From an uncultured Burkholderiales bacterium (GTDB lineage Bacteria > Bacteroidota > Bacteroidia > UBA8524), in the NCBI GenBank assembly GCA_964620355.1, contig CAZUIT010000001.1, positions 57,563-121,562 of the forward strand: DNA of 64,000 nt. Reading direction: 5' to 3'. The position numbers and the translations under genes are program-made. Shown one piece after another: positions 9,647-20,577 of this stretch (the first letter of the stretch is position 1; each line of letters begins with the position of its first letter). The notes beneath the pieces were generated by a model that worked only from the letters and a program-made list of their open reading frames with translations, had not been told where the DNA came from and made no database searches.

Positions 9647-11168
9647 GCTGGTTATGCTCGTTCTTTAAAGCAAGAATTTCTTCCACGATAATCCGATTAT
9701 TCGATAAACGAGGCACTTTATGCTGTCCACCCAATTTGCCCCGTACGCGAAGCCACTGTCTGAATGAACCTCGTTCTAAGCTCACTAACTTAGGTGCTTG
9801 AAGTGCCATATTTTTGTAGCGCTTGGCCTCATAATCAGAGTTTACTTCCTTGAGGGTTTGATCAAGGATTTCCATAAAACGCAGTTCATTTTCAGGGGCC
9901 TGTTCAAATTCGATGAGCCACTCATGCCCAGCATCCGCTCCTTCATCCATATACACCGGAGCAGCAGTATAATCCGACACAATTGCGTTTGTTGCCTCAC
10001 ACGCTTTTGCAATTCCTCGTTCGGCATTTTCAATCACCAACTCCTCGCCAAAGGCATTTATAAAAAGTTTTGTGCGGCCTGTAATTTGGAAGCGATAAGG
10101 CCGCACACCCGTGAACTTCAAGGTGTCACCGATGATATAGCGCCAAAGTCCAGCATTGGTGCTTATTACAACCGCATAGTTTACGCCTATCTCAACCTCC
10201 CACAATGGAATGGCCTTCGGGTATTCATCAAAAATCTCTTCCGCTTTTACAAACTCAAAGAAGATTCCATAGCCCGGCATAAGATACATATCATGTACAC
10301 CCAAATCTCCTTGAATCCCAAAAAACCCTTCGGAAGCATTATACGATTCTAAATATTGAATGCTCCTTGATGGCATCAGACGCTGAAATCGTTCACGGTA
10401 TGGAGTAAAGCTTACGCCACCATGTATGTACAACTCAAGGTTAGGCCATATTTCGTGCAAATCCCGTTTTCCAGTCATTTCAAACAGGCGTTCGATTAAA
10501 ACTAAGGTCCAGGTAGGAACCCCAGAAATACTGGTTACATCTTCATTAACTGTTGCCAAAGCCATTTTCTCGAGCTTCTCTTCCCATTCTTCCATCAATG
10601 CGATGGATTTGTCAGGTGTGCGAAGAAATTCTACCCAGAACGGCGTATTTGCCAAGACAACGGCAGATAAATCTCCATAAAAGGAGTTTTCGGAAAAGGT
10701 ATTCACCTTATGGGAGCCTCCAATAACCAAGCTTTTACCATTAAACATTTCTGTTTCTTGGAAGCTATTACAGTACATGGTTAATACGTCTCTACCCCCT
10801 TGATAATGACATTTATCCAAGGCCTCAAAACTAACAGGAATGAATTTACTCTTATCGGAAGTGGTTCCACTGGATTTGGCAAACCACCGAATATCTGAAT
10901 GCCAGATGATATTTTGCTCACCTCGCATCGTTCTTTCAATTAATGGCTTAATCGCTTCATAATCGCGAATAGGCACACGTTCCTGAAAGTCTTCATAGCG
11001 CGTAATTGACTTAAAGTCGTATTGCTTTCCAATCTCTGTATTTTTTGCATCTCCCACGAGCGACATGAGTGTTGCCTGCTGCACATCATCCGCCAAACGA
11101 ATTTGTGCTTCCATTTCAGGCCAGCGCTTTTTAAAGTACCAAGAGAAAAATGACGACTTGAGCGACAT
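9630..11168 (-). CDS. GH3 auxin-responsive promoter family protein (acyl-acid amido synthetase-like)
   Basis: The 512-aa product has an N-terminus (FKKRWPEMEAQIRLADDVQQ...FAKSSGTTSDKSKFIPVS) that matches bacterial GH3-family proteins common in Bacteroidota. Confidence 0.75.
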   Translation of the reverse strand: MSLKSSFFSWYFKKRWPEMEAQIRLADDVQQATLMSLVGDAKNTEIGKQYDFKSITRYEDFQERVPIRDYEAIKPLIERTMRGEQNIIWHSDIRWFAKSSGTTSDKSKFIPVSFEALDKCHYQGGRDVLTMYCNSFQETEMFNGKSLVIGGSHKVNTFSENSFYGDLSAVVLANTPFWVEFLRTPDKSIALMEEWEEKLEKMALATVNEDVTSISGVPTWTLVLIERLFEMTGKRDLHEIWPNLELYIHGGVSFTPYRERFQRLMPSRSIQYLESYNASEGFFGIQGDLGVHDMYLMPGYGIFFEFVKAEEIFDEYPKAIPLWEVEIGVNYAVVISTNAGLWRYIIGDTLKFTGVRPYRFQITGRTKLFINAFGEELVIENAERGIAKACEATNAIVSDYTAAPVYMDEGADAGHEWLIEFEQAPENELRFMEILDQTLKEVNSDYEAKRYKNMALQAPKLVSLERGSFRQWLRVRGKLGGQHKVPRLSNNRIIVEEILALKNEHNQLIEPA

Positions 11169-11221
11169 GGCTACTAAGTTAAGTCGAATTTAACATTTTT
11201 TTCAGCCTTCAAGGGGCAATT

Positions 11222-12511
11222 CTAATTGGGAGCCTGCAAACGCGTAAAAAAATCAATCACCAAGTGTTGTGTTGGAACAAAGGCATCCATAGGTAAACCT
11301 GCTGGCTTATCTCCTGGGTCATGATAATGATTATAAGGCCCCATTTGATAGAGGAAAAAACTTGGAACGCCTAGCTCTGTAAACCAATAATGATCACTAT
11401 TAGCCGCTTTTCCTCGACGTACAAGCTTAGATAAATACTGTCCTTGTTCATTCACGTCCAATAACGTCGTAAAGTCTTCCTCAAAAACGGTGGCATTCAC
11501 GGCGGTAATGCCATCTATTCCTGTTCCTTCTAAATCTAAATTCATCAAGAAGCGAATTTTAGATAGATTAATCGGCGGGTGTTCCGTGAAATGTTTGGAA
11601 CCAACCAGGCCTGCTTCTTCTGCTGTGAAGGCTATAAATACAAGGCTAAAAGGCTGTGGGCTTTTTCCATAATAACGCGCCAGTTCCAACATCATAGCCG
11701 TGCCACTAGCATTATCATTTGCTCCAGGAAACATCGTATTTTCTCCCATCATCCCTAAATGATCGTAATGGGCCGTAATGAATAAAAATGAATCTGGATA
11801 CTGAGTACCTGGAACTATGCCCCATACATTCTTAGCCTTGAAGCGTTTTACAAATTTTGACTTAACGTTCAAGCTAATGAGTGTATCACCATCATTGATT
11901 GCCTCAGGTTTACATTCTAAGGTGAAATAAACCGCCTTATTCCTGGCAACAGTCCAGATAAGATTTCGCTTCGATTTTATAATAATCCCTGCGGCCTTTA
12001 GCTGGTTATACTGAACTTGTTTATAACGCTTGTCGATATGATCCTCACTGAACGACATGGTGTCCAAAACGAGAATAGAACGGGAGAGGTCTTCCCTTTT
12101 TAACGATTCAAAAGCTTCATCCTTTTCTAAATCTGCCAAATGGATATGGCGCAGTCGGAAACTTCCGTGGATAGAGGATGAAGATGCTTTGACGAGATAA
12201 TCTTCACCCGCCACTAAGATTCGTTCCCCAACTTTAACATGCATGGCCGATGGAAAGGTATTCACCGACATACGGAATGGCTGAAACCACCCTTTATGCA
12301 AAGGTTGAAGCCCGGCCTTTTCAAATTCCTGGGCGATATAATCTGCTGCAAGATTGAGACCACCATCGACATATCCGCGCCCTGATAGTGCCTCACTGCA
12401 TAAATATGCAATATCCGCTTGTTGCTGGGCCCTTATGGTTGAAACTCCAAAGCCAAAAAGGCCAATGAGGCAAAGAAATTTAGCTCGCTGGTTCAGCCAC
12501 ATGAATCTCAA
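11222..12511 (-). CDS. M28 family zinc aminopeptidase, secreted
   Basis: The product has a signal peptide. It carries the M28 zinc-ligand motifs HYDHLG, NDNASG and FTAEEAGLVGS. Confidence 0.8.
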   Translation of the reverse strand: MRFMWLNQRAKFLCLIGLFGFGVSTIRAQQQADIAYLCSEALSGRGYVDGGLNLAADYIAQEFEKAGLQPLHKGWFQPFRMSVNTFPSAMHVKVGERILVAGEDYLVKASSSSIHGSFRLRHIHLADLEKDEAFESLKREDLSRSILVLDTMSFSEDHIDKRYKQVQYNQLKAAGIIIKSKRNLIWTVARNKAVYFTLECKPEAINDGDTLISLNVKSKFVKRFKAKNVWGIVPGTQYPDSFLFITAHYDHLGMMGENTMFPGANDNASGTAMMLELARYYGKSPQPFSLVFIAFTAEEAGLVGSKHFTEHPPINLSKIRFLMNLDLEGTGIDGITAVNATVFEEDFTTLLDVNEQGQYLSKLVRRGKAANSDHYWFTELGVPSFFLYQMGPYNHYHDPGDKPAGLPMDAFVPTQHLVIDFFTRLQAPN

Positions 12512-12737
12512 AATACTCCATTACTTGGTTCGCTAAAAGTTTTTTACATGCCATTTCAGCCAAGGCTTCTGCTGCCGCCGCATCAGCTGCCTCTAGCTCC
12601 AAAGTGATTCTTTTGCCTACACGCACTTGATCAATTTCTGTCAAGCCAATACTTTTTAACCCATTGGAAACTGCCTTTCCTTGCGGATCCAAAAGAGCCT
12701 TATGAGGCATTACATTAATTTCAACCAGGTATTTCAT
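12480..12737 (-). CDS. purS: phosphoribosylformylglycinamidine synthase subunit PurS
   Basis: The 85-aa product has the MKYLVEINVMPHKALLDPQGKAV...GKRITLELEA pattern of PurS. Confidence 0.8.
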   Translation of the reverse strand: MKYLVEINVMPHKALLDPQGKAVSNGLKSIGLTEIDQVRVGKRITLELEAADAAAAEALAEMACKKLLANQVMEYFEIHVAEPAS

Positions 12738-13440
12738 TATTTTTCAATTGATTATCTATAACAGAAAACAAAATATACAAGGGCACAAGGGCCAATAACC
12801 CTGCAAATTTAAACACAATAAGGCTGATTCCCATCCCGATCAATAAAAGATAGGCGGCCCAATTATTTTTAAAGCTCCAATTCTTAAATTTCAATGCTAA
12901 TAAGGGAATCTCACTGACCAATAAAATGCAGGAGAGCACCGCCATTGCGGCTAAGGTATACGGACTAATCCACGCATCCTGAACCCAACTTGGATATGCC
13001 TTAATTATAAAAGGCATGGAGGCTATCCAAAAGGCATTGGCTGGGGTCGGAAGCCCTAAAAAACTGTTCGCCTGACGGGTATCAATATTAAATTTCGCCA
13101 AGCGTAAAGCGGAGAATACCCCGATGAGTAATGGTAAATACACCACAAGCAATGGAGCAGATTGTCCGTATGGCCAAAGTGTTAACTGCTGCGCAATTTT
13201 AAACAGCATCATGCCCGGCACTACACCAAATGTAACCACATCTGCCAATGAATCGAGTTGTTTTCCAAAATCGCCAGCCACCTTTAGTAGTCGGGCGGCA
13301 AAACCATCAAAAAAATCCAATAGCCCAGCAATGAATATACAATATGACGCTGGAATCAGCTGACCATCACCCAAATAAAGCAAGGCGAGAATCCCGCAAA
13401 ACAGGTTCCCTGAGGTGATGAGATGGGGTATAAATTTCAT
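12721..13440 (-). CDS. pssA: CDP-alcohol phosphatidyltransferase, probable CDP-diacylglycerol--serine O-phosphatidyltransferase
   Basis: It has the DG..AR....G..LD..AD CDP-OH phosphotransferase motif (FFDGFAARLLKVAGDFGKQLDSLADVV). It is polytopic. Psd and CdsA are also present in the window. Confidence 0.7.
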   Translation of the reverse strand: MKFIPHLITSGNLFCGILALLYLGDGQLIPASYCIFIAGLLDFFDGFAARLLKVAGDFGKQLDSLADVVTFGVVPGMMLFKIAQQLTLWPYGQSAPLLVVYLPLLIGVFSALRLAKFNIDTRQANSFLGLPTPANAFWIASMPFIIKAYPSWVQDAWISPYTLAAMAVLSCILLVSEIPLLALKFKNWSFKNNWAAYLLLIGMGISLIVFKFAGLLALVPLYILFSVIDNQLKNNEIPG

Positions 13441-13496
13441 GCCGCCACAAATATACGGCAGGAATATGCATCGGCCTTCTATCTCTTTGCTTAAAT

Positions 13497-16268
13497 TTGA
13501 GAACCAAGGCTGTGAAAATGACCAAAAACCAGCAAACTAATCCCGCCATTGATTTTCAAAGCGTTCTTGAACTTTCAAGTCTGCCTGTTGCCTTATGCCA
13601 TCTCGACGGGACGACAACCTTCTTGAATGACGCCTTCGACCGCTACTTCAGAAACGGTAAGAAAGGACCAGAAAACATTGCTTATCGCTTTATAGGCGAA
13701 GAAAATTGGGCGCAGATAATAGATAGCATTTCTAAAACGGGTGATTGGGATTCATATGCCATCCTGAACAAGGACAGCGGCGACGAGATCGTGCTTAAAA
13801 TTAAGGCCAGTTTAATCAAACAGACCGGGCAAGAGAATCTTATTGCTTTATATTTTACCGAAACCAATGAAGCGCGACGCAGAGTATTCCGTCAGGGTCA
13901 ATTGCTCAAGGCGGCGAGTGAGTCTTCTACCGCTCTAATCAATACCGACAACCTTCAAGAAAGCCTAAGCCAAGTAGCAGCGTCTTTAGGGAAAGCCGTT
14001 CAGGCCGATCGCTGCTATATATTTGAAAGCACCTTCCTCCCCGATTCCGATCAAATCTATGCGAGCTTGGTATCCCAATGGTCACGTTATCCAAAATTGG
14101 CCGACGAAGAGGAGGTGAGCATGATCAGTTATACCATATTTCGAGGTTTCTATGAAACACTTTTGAAAGACCAAGCCTATTCCAGATTAAGAAAAGAGGT
14201 TAATGGACATACCCTAAAATACTTGGAAAAAAGGAATATTCACTCCTTCATTTGTCTTCCAATCTATAAAGACGATGCACTTTGGGGCTTCATGGGCTTC
14301 GATGATTGTCAGGGGCCAAGGGAATGGGATGAGCAGGAAATTGCCAGTTTGCGTCTTCTCACAAACGGACTATCCTCTGTGATCAGCAATGACCAGCTTC
14401 GTACAGACCTTCAAAGAAATAACCTTCAGCTTGAATCCGCCATTAGAGCTTCCAAGGATAGCCTATGGGATTATGATGTCATTAAAGAACGCATCTATTA
14501 TGCACCACAATTCTTAGAACTACTCGGATACAATTCGCAAGAATTAGACGGCATTCTTACAGATTTGAAAACATTTGTTCACCCAAAAGATATCTATAAA
14601 ATTTATAAGGGACTTCAATATGTCGTGCAATCGGGTCAAGAAATTAGAGGGTTTGAAATCCGGCTTATTCATAAAAATGGCACCTTAATTTGGGTTCGGG
14701 TAACGGCGAGACCAACAACAGATTTAAATGGAAATACCCTCCGAATATCAGGATCGAATACCGATATCACACTCGAAAAACTTTATGAAACTAAGATCGC
14801 GGAGAGCCAGGAGCGTTATATTGAACTTGTTGACAACCTGAGAGAAACAGTGTTTCAGCTAAACAAGTCTGGTAGCATCATTTTTTTGAACGAGGCTTGG
14901 AAGATTCTCAGCGGAGTTTCCTTAGCAGAAAGTATGAAAAAAGATTTTCGCTCATTTATCATTCCTGATGATCAGTGGAAATTCGACAAAATGTTAAAAC
15001 ACCTTTTGGTGAATAAGAATGATTACCGAAGTTGTTTGGTACGGATCACCGGCCATCGAGAGGATGCAAAGTGGGCCGAAATTTATGCCCGGAGCTTCTT
15101 TAAAAAAGGAAACGAGCCTTATATCCTAGGAACAATCATCGACGTAAGCCAAAGACAATTCACCGAACAGAAATTAAAGGAAAGTGAGACACGGTACCGG
15201 CTTATTTCCGAGAATATAAGTGATTTAGTAACCTTACAAGATGAACATGGGCATTTTGTTTATGTTTCTCCTTCCATTCATGCCATCTTAGGCTTAGATG
15301 AAGTACAATTAATAGGCAAGACACCACGTGAAGTCTGGACAGAATCTCGGATAAAAGGCACAGCTTGGGAGCGCGATATATTCGACGCCTCCAATGAAAA
15401 CAGAAAAAGTTATGCCTTTACTAAAGCCAATGGCACATCCATCTGGTTAGAAACAGTTCGTTCTATTGTGTATACGGATAACCAAGAGCGCTATATTATT
15501 CAATCCACCACCCGGGATATTTCAGCATTCAAAGAGGCAGAAATCAGTTTAAAAACTGCGCTCGACAAACAGCGGGAATTGAATGAGCTGAAATCAAACT
15601 TTATCAGCATGGCTTCACATGAATTCCGTACGCCGCTTACTACGATTCGTTCGAGCATCCAACTTCTGGAAGAGTATGGCAGGAGTGCACCCGAGGACCA
15701 AAAGCTGAAAATGGCCAAACATTATGCGCGGATTAAAGCACAAATTGAGCGGGTTACTAGGCTTATGAATGATGTACTAACCCTTGGTAAGTTCGATGCC
15801 GGTAAAACACCATTTCATGCGAAAGCACACGATATCCATAAATTTTGCGAAGAGATTATTTCCGACCACTTTTCGAATGCTAATGATGGAAGAGCCATTA
15901 AATTGAGCATGAGCGGACCCGTGCAACCCCTGCTTTTTGATGCCAGCTTGCTTTCTCATGTTTTATTGAACCTCCTCTCAAATGCCCTCAAATATTCCAA
16001 AGGTAAACCAGACCCTGAGTTAGACATTCTGTTCAAAGAGGAAAACGTATCATTGATAATTCGAGACTATGGGATTGGCATTCCCGATGAGGATATTGGT
16101 CTTGTTTTTCAATCGTTTTACCGCTCAAAAAACGCCATTGACGTGCCGGGCACTGGTCTTGGCTTAGTTATAACAAAAGAATTTGTAGAATTGCATAACG
16201 GAATCATCTATATCAAGAGTGAGCTTAACAAGCAAACTGAAGTAATTGTAGAACTTCCTATCAACTAA
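13497..16268 (+). CDS. multi-sensor (PAS/GAF) histidine kinase
   Basis: The 923-aa product has an H-box (SMASHEFRTPLTTI) and G-boxes (DYGIGIP, GTGLGL) in its C-terminus. Upstream PAS- and GAF-like regions are present and there is no TM segment, so it is cytoplasmic. Confidence 0.8.
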   Translation: MRTKAVKMTKNQQTNPAIDFQSVLELSSLPVALCHLDGTTTFLNDAFDRYFRNGKKGPENIAYRFIGEENWAQIIDSISKTGDWDSYAILNKDSGDEIVLKIKASLIKQTGQENLIALYFTETNEARRRVFRQGQLLKAASESSTALINTDNLQESLSQVAASLGKAVQADRCYIFESTFLPDSDQIYASLVSQWSRYPKLADEEEVSMISYTIFRGFYETLLKDQAYSRLRKEVNGHTLKYLEKRNIHSFICLPIYKDDALWGFMGFDDCQGPREWDEQEIASLRLLTNGLSSVISNDQLRTDLQRNNLQLESAIRASKDSLWDYDVIKERIYYAPQFLELLGYNSQELDGILTDLKTFVHPKDIYKIYKGLQYVVQSGQEIRGFEIRLIHKNGTLIWVRVTARPTTDLNGNTLRISGSNTDITLEKLYETKIAESQERYIELVDNLRETVFQLNKSGSIIFLNEAWKILSGVSLAESMKKDFRSFIIPDDQWKFDKMLKHLLVNKNDYRSCLVRITGHREDAKWAEIYARSFFKKGNEPYILGTIIDVSQRQFTEQKLKESETRYRLISENISDLVTLQDEHGHFVYVSPSIHAILGLDEVQLIGKTPREVWTESRIKGTAWERDIFDASNENRKSYAFTKANGTSIWLETVRSIVYTDNQERYIIQSTTRDISAFKEAEISLKTALDKQRELNELKSNFISMASHEFRTPLTTIRSSIQLLEEYGRSAPEDQKLKMAKHYARIKAQIERVTRLMNDVLTLGKFDAGKTPFHAKAHDIHKFCEEIISDHFSNANDGRAIKLSMSGPVQPLLFDASLLSHVLLNLLSNALKYSKGKPDPELDILFKEENVSLIIRDYGIGIPDEDIGLVFQSFYRSKNAIDVPGTGLGLVITKEFVELHNGIIYIKSELNKQTEVIVELPIN

Positions 16269-16273
16269 AAACT

Positions 16274-17017
16274 ATGGACAGAATACTACTCATTGAAGAC
16301 GAACTTGACATCAGAGAGAACCTTGCGGAGCTCTTTGAAAACAGAAGTTTCACCGTCTTTACCGCTGAAAATGGTAATATTGGCTACGAAAAAGCGAGAG
16401 AAATTATTCCAGACGTGATAATTTCCGACGTAATCATGCCAGTGATGGACGGCTTTGAATTTCTTGAGGCCGTAAAAAATGACGCCAGAACCATGCATAT
16501 TCCAGTGATCATGCTTACGGCCAAAAGCATGCTCGAGTCTAAAATTCAAGGGCTCAAAATTGGCGCCGACGATTACGTAACCAAGCCCTTTGAGTTCGAA
16601 GAGCTTTTAGCACGCGTGCAATCTGCAATTCAAAACAGAAGACGCGTTTTACAAAAGATTAAAATTTCTCCAAGCGAAAGAGATGTGGAATCGAAAGACG
16701 ACGTTTTCTTGCGTAAAGTGATTACGGCCGTGGAGAAAAACATCGACAATTTTAATTTCTCCATCGATGATCTAGCCCGTGAAATTGGCTATAGTCGCTC
16801 ATCCATTCAGAAGAAAATTAAGGTGTTAACTGGCAAAACTACTTCTCAGCTTATCCGCGAATTTCGTTTAGAACGCGCACGACAACTCATTCAACAAGAT
16901 GCTGGATTCCTGAGCGAAATTGCCCTAGCTGTTGGCTTTAACAGTCTCAGTTACTTTAGCAATAGTTACAAAGAATATTTTGGTGTGCCGCCAAGCAAAA
17001 TCAAGAATATGCACTAG
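16274..17017 (+). CDS. response regulator, REC + AraC-type HTH output
   Basis: The receiver domain (LLIEDE..DVIISDVIMPVMDG) is followed by a C-terminal AraC HTH (SLSYFSNSYKEYFGVPPS). It starts 5 nt after the kinase stop. Confidence 0.85.
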   Translation: MDRILLIEDELDIRENLAELFENRSFTVFTAENGNIGYEKAREIIPDVIISDVIMPVMDGFEFLEAVKNDARTMHIPVIMLTAKSMLESKIQGLKIGADDYVTKPFEFEELLARVQSAIQNRRRVLQKIKISPSERDVESKDDVFLRKVITAVEKNIDNFNFSIDDLAREIGYSRSSIQKKIKVLTGKTTSQLIREFRLERARQLIQQDAGFLSEIALAVGFNSLSYFSNSYKEYFGVPPSKIKNMH

Positions 17018-17023
17018 GAAACC

Positions 17024-19501
17024 CTAGTGCTTGATCAATAACTTCGTGGCTTTAAATCCATTTCCTTGAACATAGTAAATGCCTGTTTTCAAGGAAACCG
17101 TTGATAGATGAGCACCATTCACAAGCATTTGTTTGATGACAAGCTTTCCTTGCCCATCATATATGCGAATTTCTTGTTGTGCCCCAATACGCTGATCCCA
17201 CCGAATACTCACTCTGCCATCAGCAGGGTTCGGATAAACCAAGGCGCTCAAGTTTTCGTTTTCCTTCAAACCTACCGCATTATAGCTTGGAATCTGCTTG
17301 CCGTATGGCGTAATTCGAGCGGTAAAAGCCCCTCTGCCATGGGTATAGATGAACAAACGCCGATCCGAGGCACGTACACGAACCATATCGACAACTACAT
17401 TTGGAATTCCTTCTTCCTGGAACCAGGTCTGACCTCCATCCGTGGTATAAAATAGGCCTCTATCCGTTCCAGCAAAAAATACAGAATCGGCTGCCGCAGG
17501 ATCAACATCAATCCAATTTACTGGCATACCAAGGGGTAGATTTCCACTAATATCAACGAATTCTGGGGTGTCTGAATCTGCCTTGATGACTTTCCAAACT
17601 CTCGGGTCATTAGAATAATCAGTGAAGCTTAAAAATAACTCGGTATGGTTCACCGGATTTGGAGTGATGCAGCCTATAAAACTGCTATATAAACTTGATG
17701 GAACAAATTGCCTCAAGTTTTCCTCCCCGCCCACCTTCGCATTTCGGGCATTTTTTATGCGATAGAATAAGGCTTGTCTTCCGCCAATATAAACTGCGGG
17801 GTTCAACTGGTTGGTAATCCCCACTGCAAAAGGCTGAATATTGGTTCCAATATTAATTTCATCGGTAATTGGGTCAAATAAAATTCCTCCATTGACCGAC
17901 AAGTAAACCCGTTTTTTGGTAGGGTAAACTAACATTTCGCCATCCTGGGGGTTCATGGCATAGGGATGGATGAACCAGGCCCCATCGTCCACTACTTTAT
18001 TGCCATCAGAATCCATATCTGCGAGGATATCCGTGGTAGTGAGCTTATTGCTTCCAAATCCATCCACACGGAAAATGCGTCCGTTTTGAAAGGAAAGAAA
18101 TGCCAAAGCAGGATTTTGTTGACTAATCTCGGTATACGAACCATCAGCACCATAAAGCTTGCTGAAGGTATCATTTCCGTTGAGGGTAAAATGAGTCCCG
18201 TTGTCTTGGTAGCCCCCCATTATGCTGATATTCTCAGGGGCAAAAGCCCCAGCATAATATTGCGTGATATTTAATCCCCAATTCAGGTCTTCATATTTGC
18301 TTAGGTCACTCCATTGGTAGGCGTGTACCCCACCGTCATTACCAATTATCAATAAATCTTTATTCGAAGGATGTTGTGCCATGGTATGATAATCCGCATG
18401 AGAATTCTTGGCAAAATTCCATGTATCTCCTCCGTTTGTTGAATGAACTAAGTTCACTGAACCGACAATGATAGAATTCGGGTCATCTTGTTTGACCTCG
18501 ACAGCTAAAGTATACCAGGTAAAAGGGTAGCTCCCTCCCTGATCATCCGGGTTTCCTTTTTCTACCCAAGTCTTTCCCTGATCCTCACTCTTATAAAATC
18601 CGGTTAAGGCTGTGTTATTGCTATTCGAAACGGCGGCATAAACGATATTTGCTTGCTCCTGACAATATGCCATTTCAATTCTTCCGACTCCTGATCCACT
18701 GGGTAATCCATTATTCCTAAGAACCCAAGAGCCATCATCTCCTGTGGTACTCGTATATATCCCCTGACCGCGAATGGAAATCATAATGGATCCATCAGGA
18801 AAAATTTCCATATCATATACCTCACGTGAAGTGATTACCACACGTTCAAAGGACTGTCCTGCATCTTTCGAACGGTAGACGCCACCAGAGTTAAGCGAGA
18901 CATAAAGCGTATTGGTATCGACCGTACTGCATGCAATGCGCCAAGTGGAATTGAAGTTTCCGTTTGTCGTTGCGCTCAATTGCGAAAAGGTCTTGCCGTG
19001 GTCTGTCGATTTGAAAATGCCGGCACCTGGTGCCCCACCTGAGTTTCCAGCCCCTTCGCCAGTGCAGTAGTAGAGAATATCCGGATTCAGCGGGTTTTGT
19101 GTAAGATGAGAAATATTCAACGTAACTTCCCTCTCATTAATGGCCTTCCAATTTTTACCTGATTCCTCAGAAACCCACATTCCACCTGTAATGGCCGCAA
19201 CAAAATACCGGTTGATATTGGTCTGATCTATCACGATACCGCGGGTTCTTCCTCCTACGTTAAAGGGACCAATTTCTTCGATACTATCTAGTACTTCACC
19301 ACTCCTTTTTGAATAGCGGGTTTGTTTTTCCCAGTTATTCACGGCATTAAAAGGAATATCTCCTTTGATATCATGAATAAATTCAAAATGGCCTGGCCCA
19401 CTGCTCAACTTTTCTTCTTTACCTGTTGGCGTATGATTAAAAAAGTATACGGCACATGTAATTCCTCCCAAAGCGATTAGGGATAATAAAATTTTCTTCA
19501 T
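17024..19501 (-). CDS. secreted BNR/sortilin-like repeat protein with T9SS C-terminal sorting domain
   Basis: The signal peptide starts at ATG 19501 (MKKILLSLIALGG). It has repeated S-x-D-x-G-x-T-W (BNR/Asp-box-like) motifs and a C-terminal T9SS CTD (YPNPADGRVSIRWD...GIYYVQGNGFKATKLLIKH). Confidence 0.7.
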   Translation of the reverse strand: MKKILLSLIALGGITCAVYFFNHTPTGKEEKLSSGPGHFEFIHDIKGDIPFNAVNNWEKQTRYSKRSGEVLDSIEEIGPFNVGGRTRGIVIDQTNINRYFVAAITGGMWVSEESGKNWKAINEREVTLNISHLTQNPLNPDILYYCTGEGAGNSGGAPGAGIFKSTDHGKTFSQLSATTNGNFNSTWRIACSTVDTNTLYVSLNSGGVYRSKDAGQSFERVVITSREVYDMEIFPDGSIMISIRGQGIYTSTTGDDGSWVLRNNGLPSGSGVGRIEMAYCQEQANIVYAAVSNSNNTALTGFYKSEDQGKTWVEKGNPDDQGGSYPFTWYTLAVEVKQDDPNSIIVGSVNLVHSTNGGDTWNFAKNSHADYHTMAQHPSNKDLLIIGNDGGVHAYQWSDLSKYEDLNWGLNITQYYAGAFAPENISIMGGYQDNGTHFTLNGNDTFSKLYGADGSYTEISQQNPALAFLSFQNGRIFRVDGFGSNKLTTTDILADMDSDGNKVVDDGAWFIHPYAMNPQDGEMLVYPTKKRVYLSVNGGILFDPITDEINIGTNIQPFAVGITNQLNPAVYIGGRQALFYRIKNARNAKVGGEENLRQFVPSSLYSSFIGCITPNPVNHTELFLSFTDYSNDPRVWKVIKADSDTPEFVDISGNLPLGMPVNWIDVDPAAADSVFFAGTDRGLFYTTDGGQTWFQEEGIPNVVVDMVRVRASDRRLFIYTHGRGAFTARITPYGKQIPSYNAVGLKENENLSALVYPNPADGRVSIRWDQRIGAQQEIRIYDGQGKLVIKQMLVNGAHLSTVSLKTGIYYVQGNGFKATKLLIKH

Positions 19502-19554
19502 CCTGATTGCGAAAATGCTTCTTTTCTCGATTGATTCAAAAGACATTAAATGAC

Positions 19555-20577
19555 CTAGACCAGCTGCATGGCATATTGTTCAGAAATATCATGAAGTATC
19601 TGATGAATCTCTTCTTCTGATTCTGAAGTAACCAAGGCGGTTCTGTACGGCTTAAAATGATCAAGTCCTTTAAAGTAATTGCTATAATGGCGGCGCATTT
19701 CAAAGATCCCTGCGCGTGGGCCCTTCCATTCTAAGCTTTTTTCAAAATGGGTACGACAAGCCAAAACACGTTCGTCTAGCGTAGGTGCGGCAGTATGTTC
19801 CCCTGTTTGGAGGAAATGTTTTATCTCTCTAAATATCCATGGATTGCCGATGGATGCTCTACCCACCATTATTCCGTCAATGCCAAATCTCTCCCTGTTC
19901 GCTGCTGCTTTTTCAGGGCTATCTACGTCTCCATTCCCAAAAATAGGAATATGCATTCGTGGATTATTTTTTACCTCCGCAATCAGAGACCAATCTGCTT
20001 CTCCTTTATACATCTGCTTACGGGTTCGCCCGTGTACGGATAGTGCTTGAATTCCAATGTCTTGAAGTCGTTCAGCAACCTCTACGATATTTTTGGTATC
20101 CTCATCCCACCCTAATCTGGTTTTGACGGTTACTGGAAGATGAGTGCTTTTTACAATCTCCTCCGTCATGGAAACCATTTTTGGAATATCTTGGAGCAAT
20201 GCGGCCCCAGCTCCTCGGCAGGCTACGGCTTTTACTGGGCATCCGTAATTGATATCAATTAGGTTGGGTTTGGCAGCAGTAGCAATCTCAGCAGCTTCCT
20301 TCATGGATTCAATTTCACTGCCGAATAATTGAATGCCAATTGGACGTTCGTATTCGAAAATATCCAGTTTTTGTCTGCTTTTTGCCGCATCACGAATCAA
20401 GCCTTCAGAGCTAATAAACTCGGTATACATCAAGTCTACTCCATTCTGTTTGCACACAAAACGAAAGGGAGGATCACTCACGTCTTCCATGGGTGCTAAC
20501 AATATTGGAAATTCACCCAATTCTATGTCACCTATTTTTACCAACTTTGCATCAATTAGAGTACAAACATACAACAT
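19555..20577 (-). CDS. dus: tRNA-dihydrouridine synthase
   Basis: LLAPMEDVSDPPFR, INYGCPVKAVACRGAGAALL and the overall TIM-barrel pattern match the Dus family. Confidence 0.85.
   Translation of the reverse strand: MLYVCTLIDAKLVKIGDIELGEFPILLAPMEDVSDPPFRFVCKQNGVDLMYTEFISSEGLIRDAAKSRQKLDIFEYERPIGIQLFGSEIESMKEAAEIATAAKPNLIDINYGCPVKAVACRGAGAALLQDIPKMVSMTEEIVKSTHLPVTVKTRLGWDEDTKNIVEVAERLQDIGIQALSVHGRTRKQMYKGEADWSLIAEVKNNPRMHIPIFGNGDVDSPEKAAANRERFGIDGIMVGRASIGNPWIFREIKHFLQTGEHTAAPTLDERVLACRTHFEKSLEWKGPRAGIFEMRRHYSNYFKGLDHFKPYRTALVTSESEEEIHQILHDISEQYAMQLV

Noticed and set aside
9798-10352. 184-aa plus-strand ORF inside the GH3 gene
   Set aside because: It lies fully antisense to a well-supported 512-aa gene. 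It has no recognisable motif. It is a typical shadow ORF.
20333-20575. N-terminal 81-aa extension of the CPBP protease ORF
   Set aside because: The extension runs antisense through the 5' part of dus. Its translation is low-complexity with no TM or signal. ATG 20576 is the plausible start.
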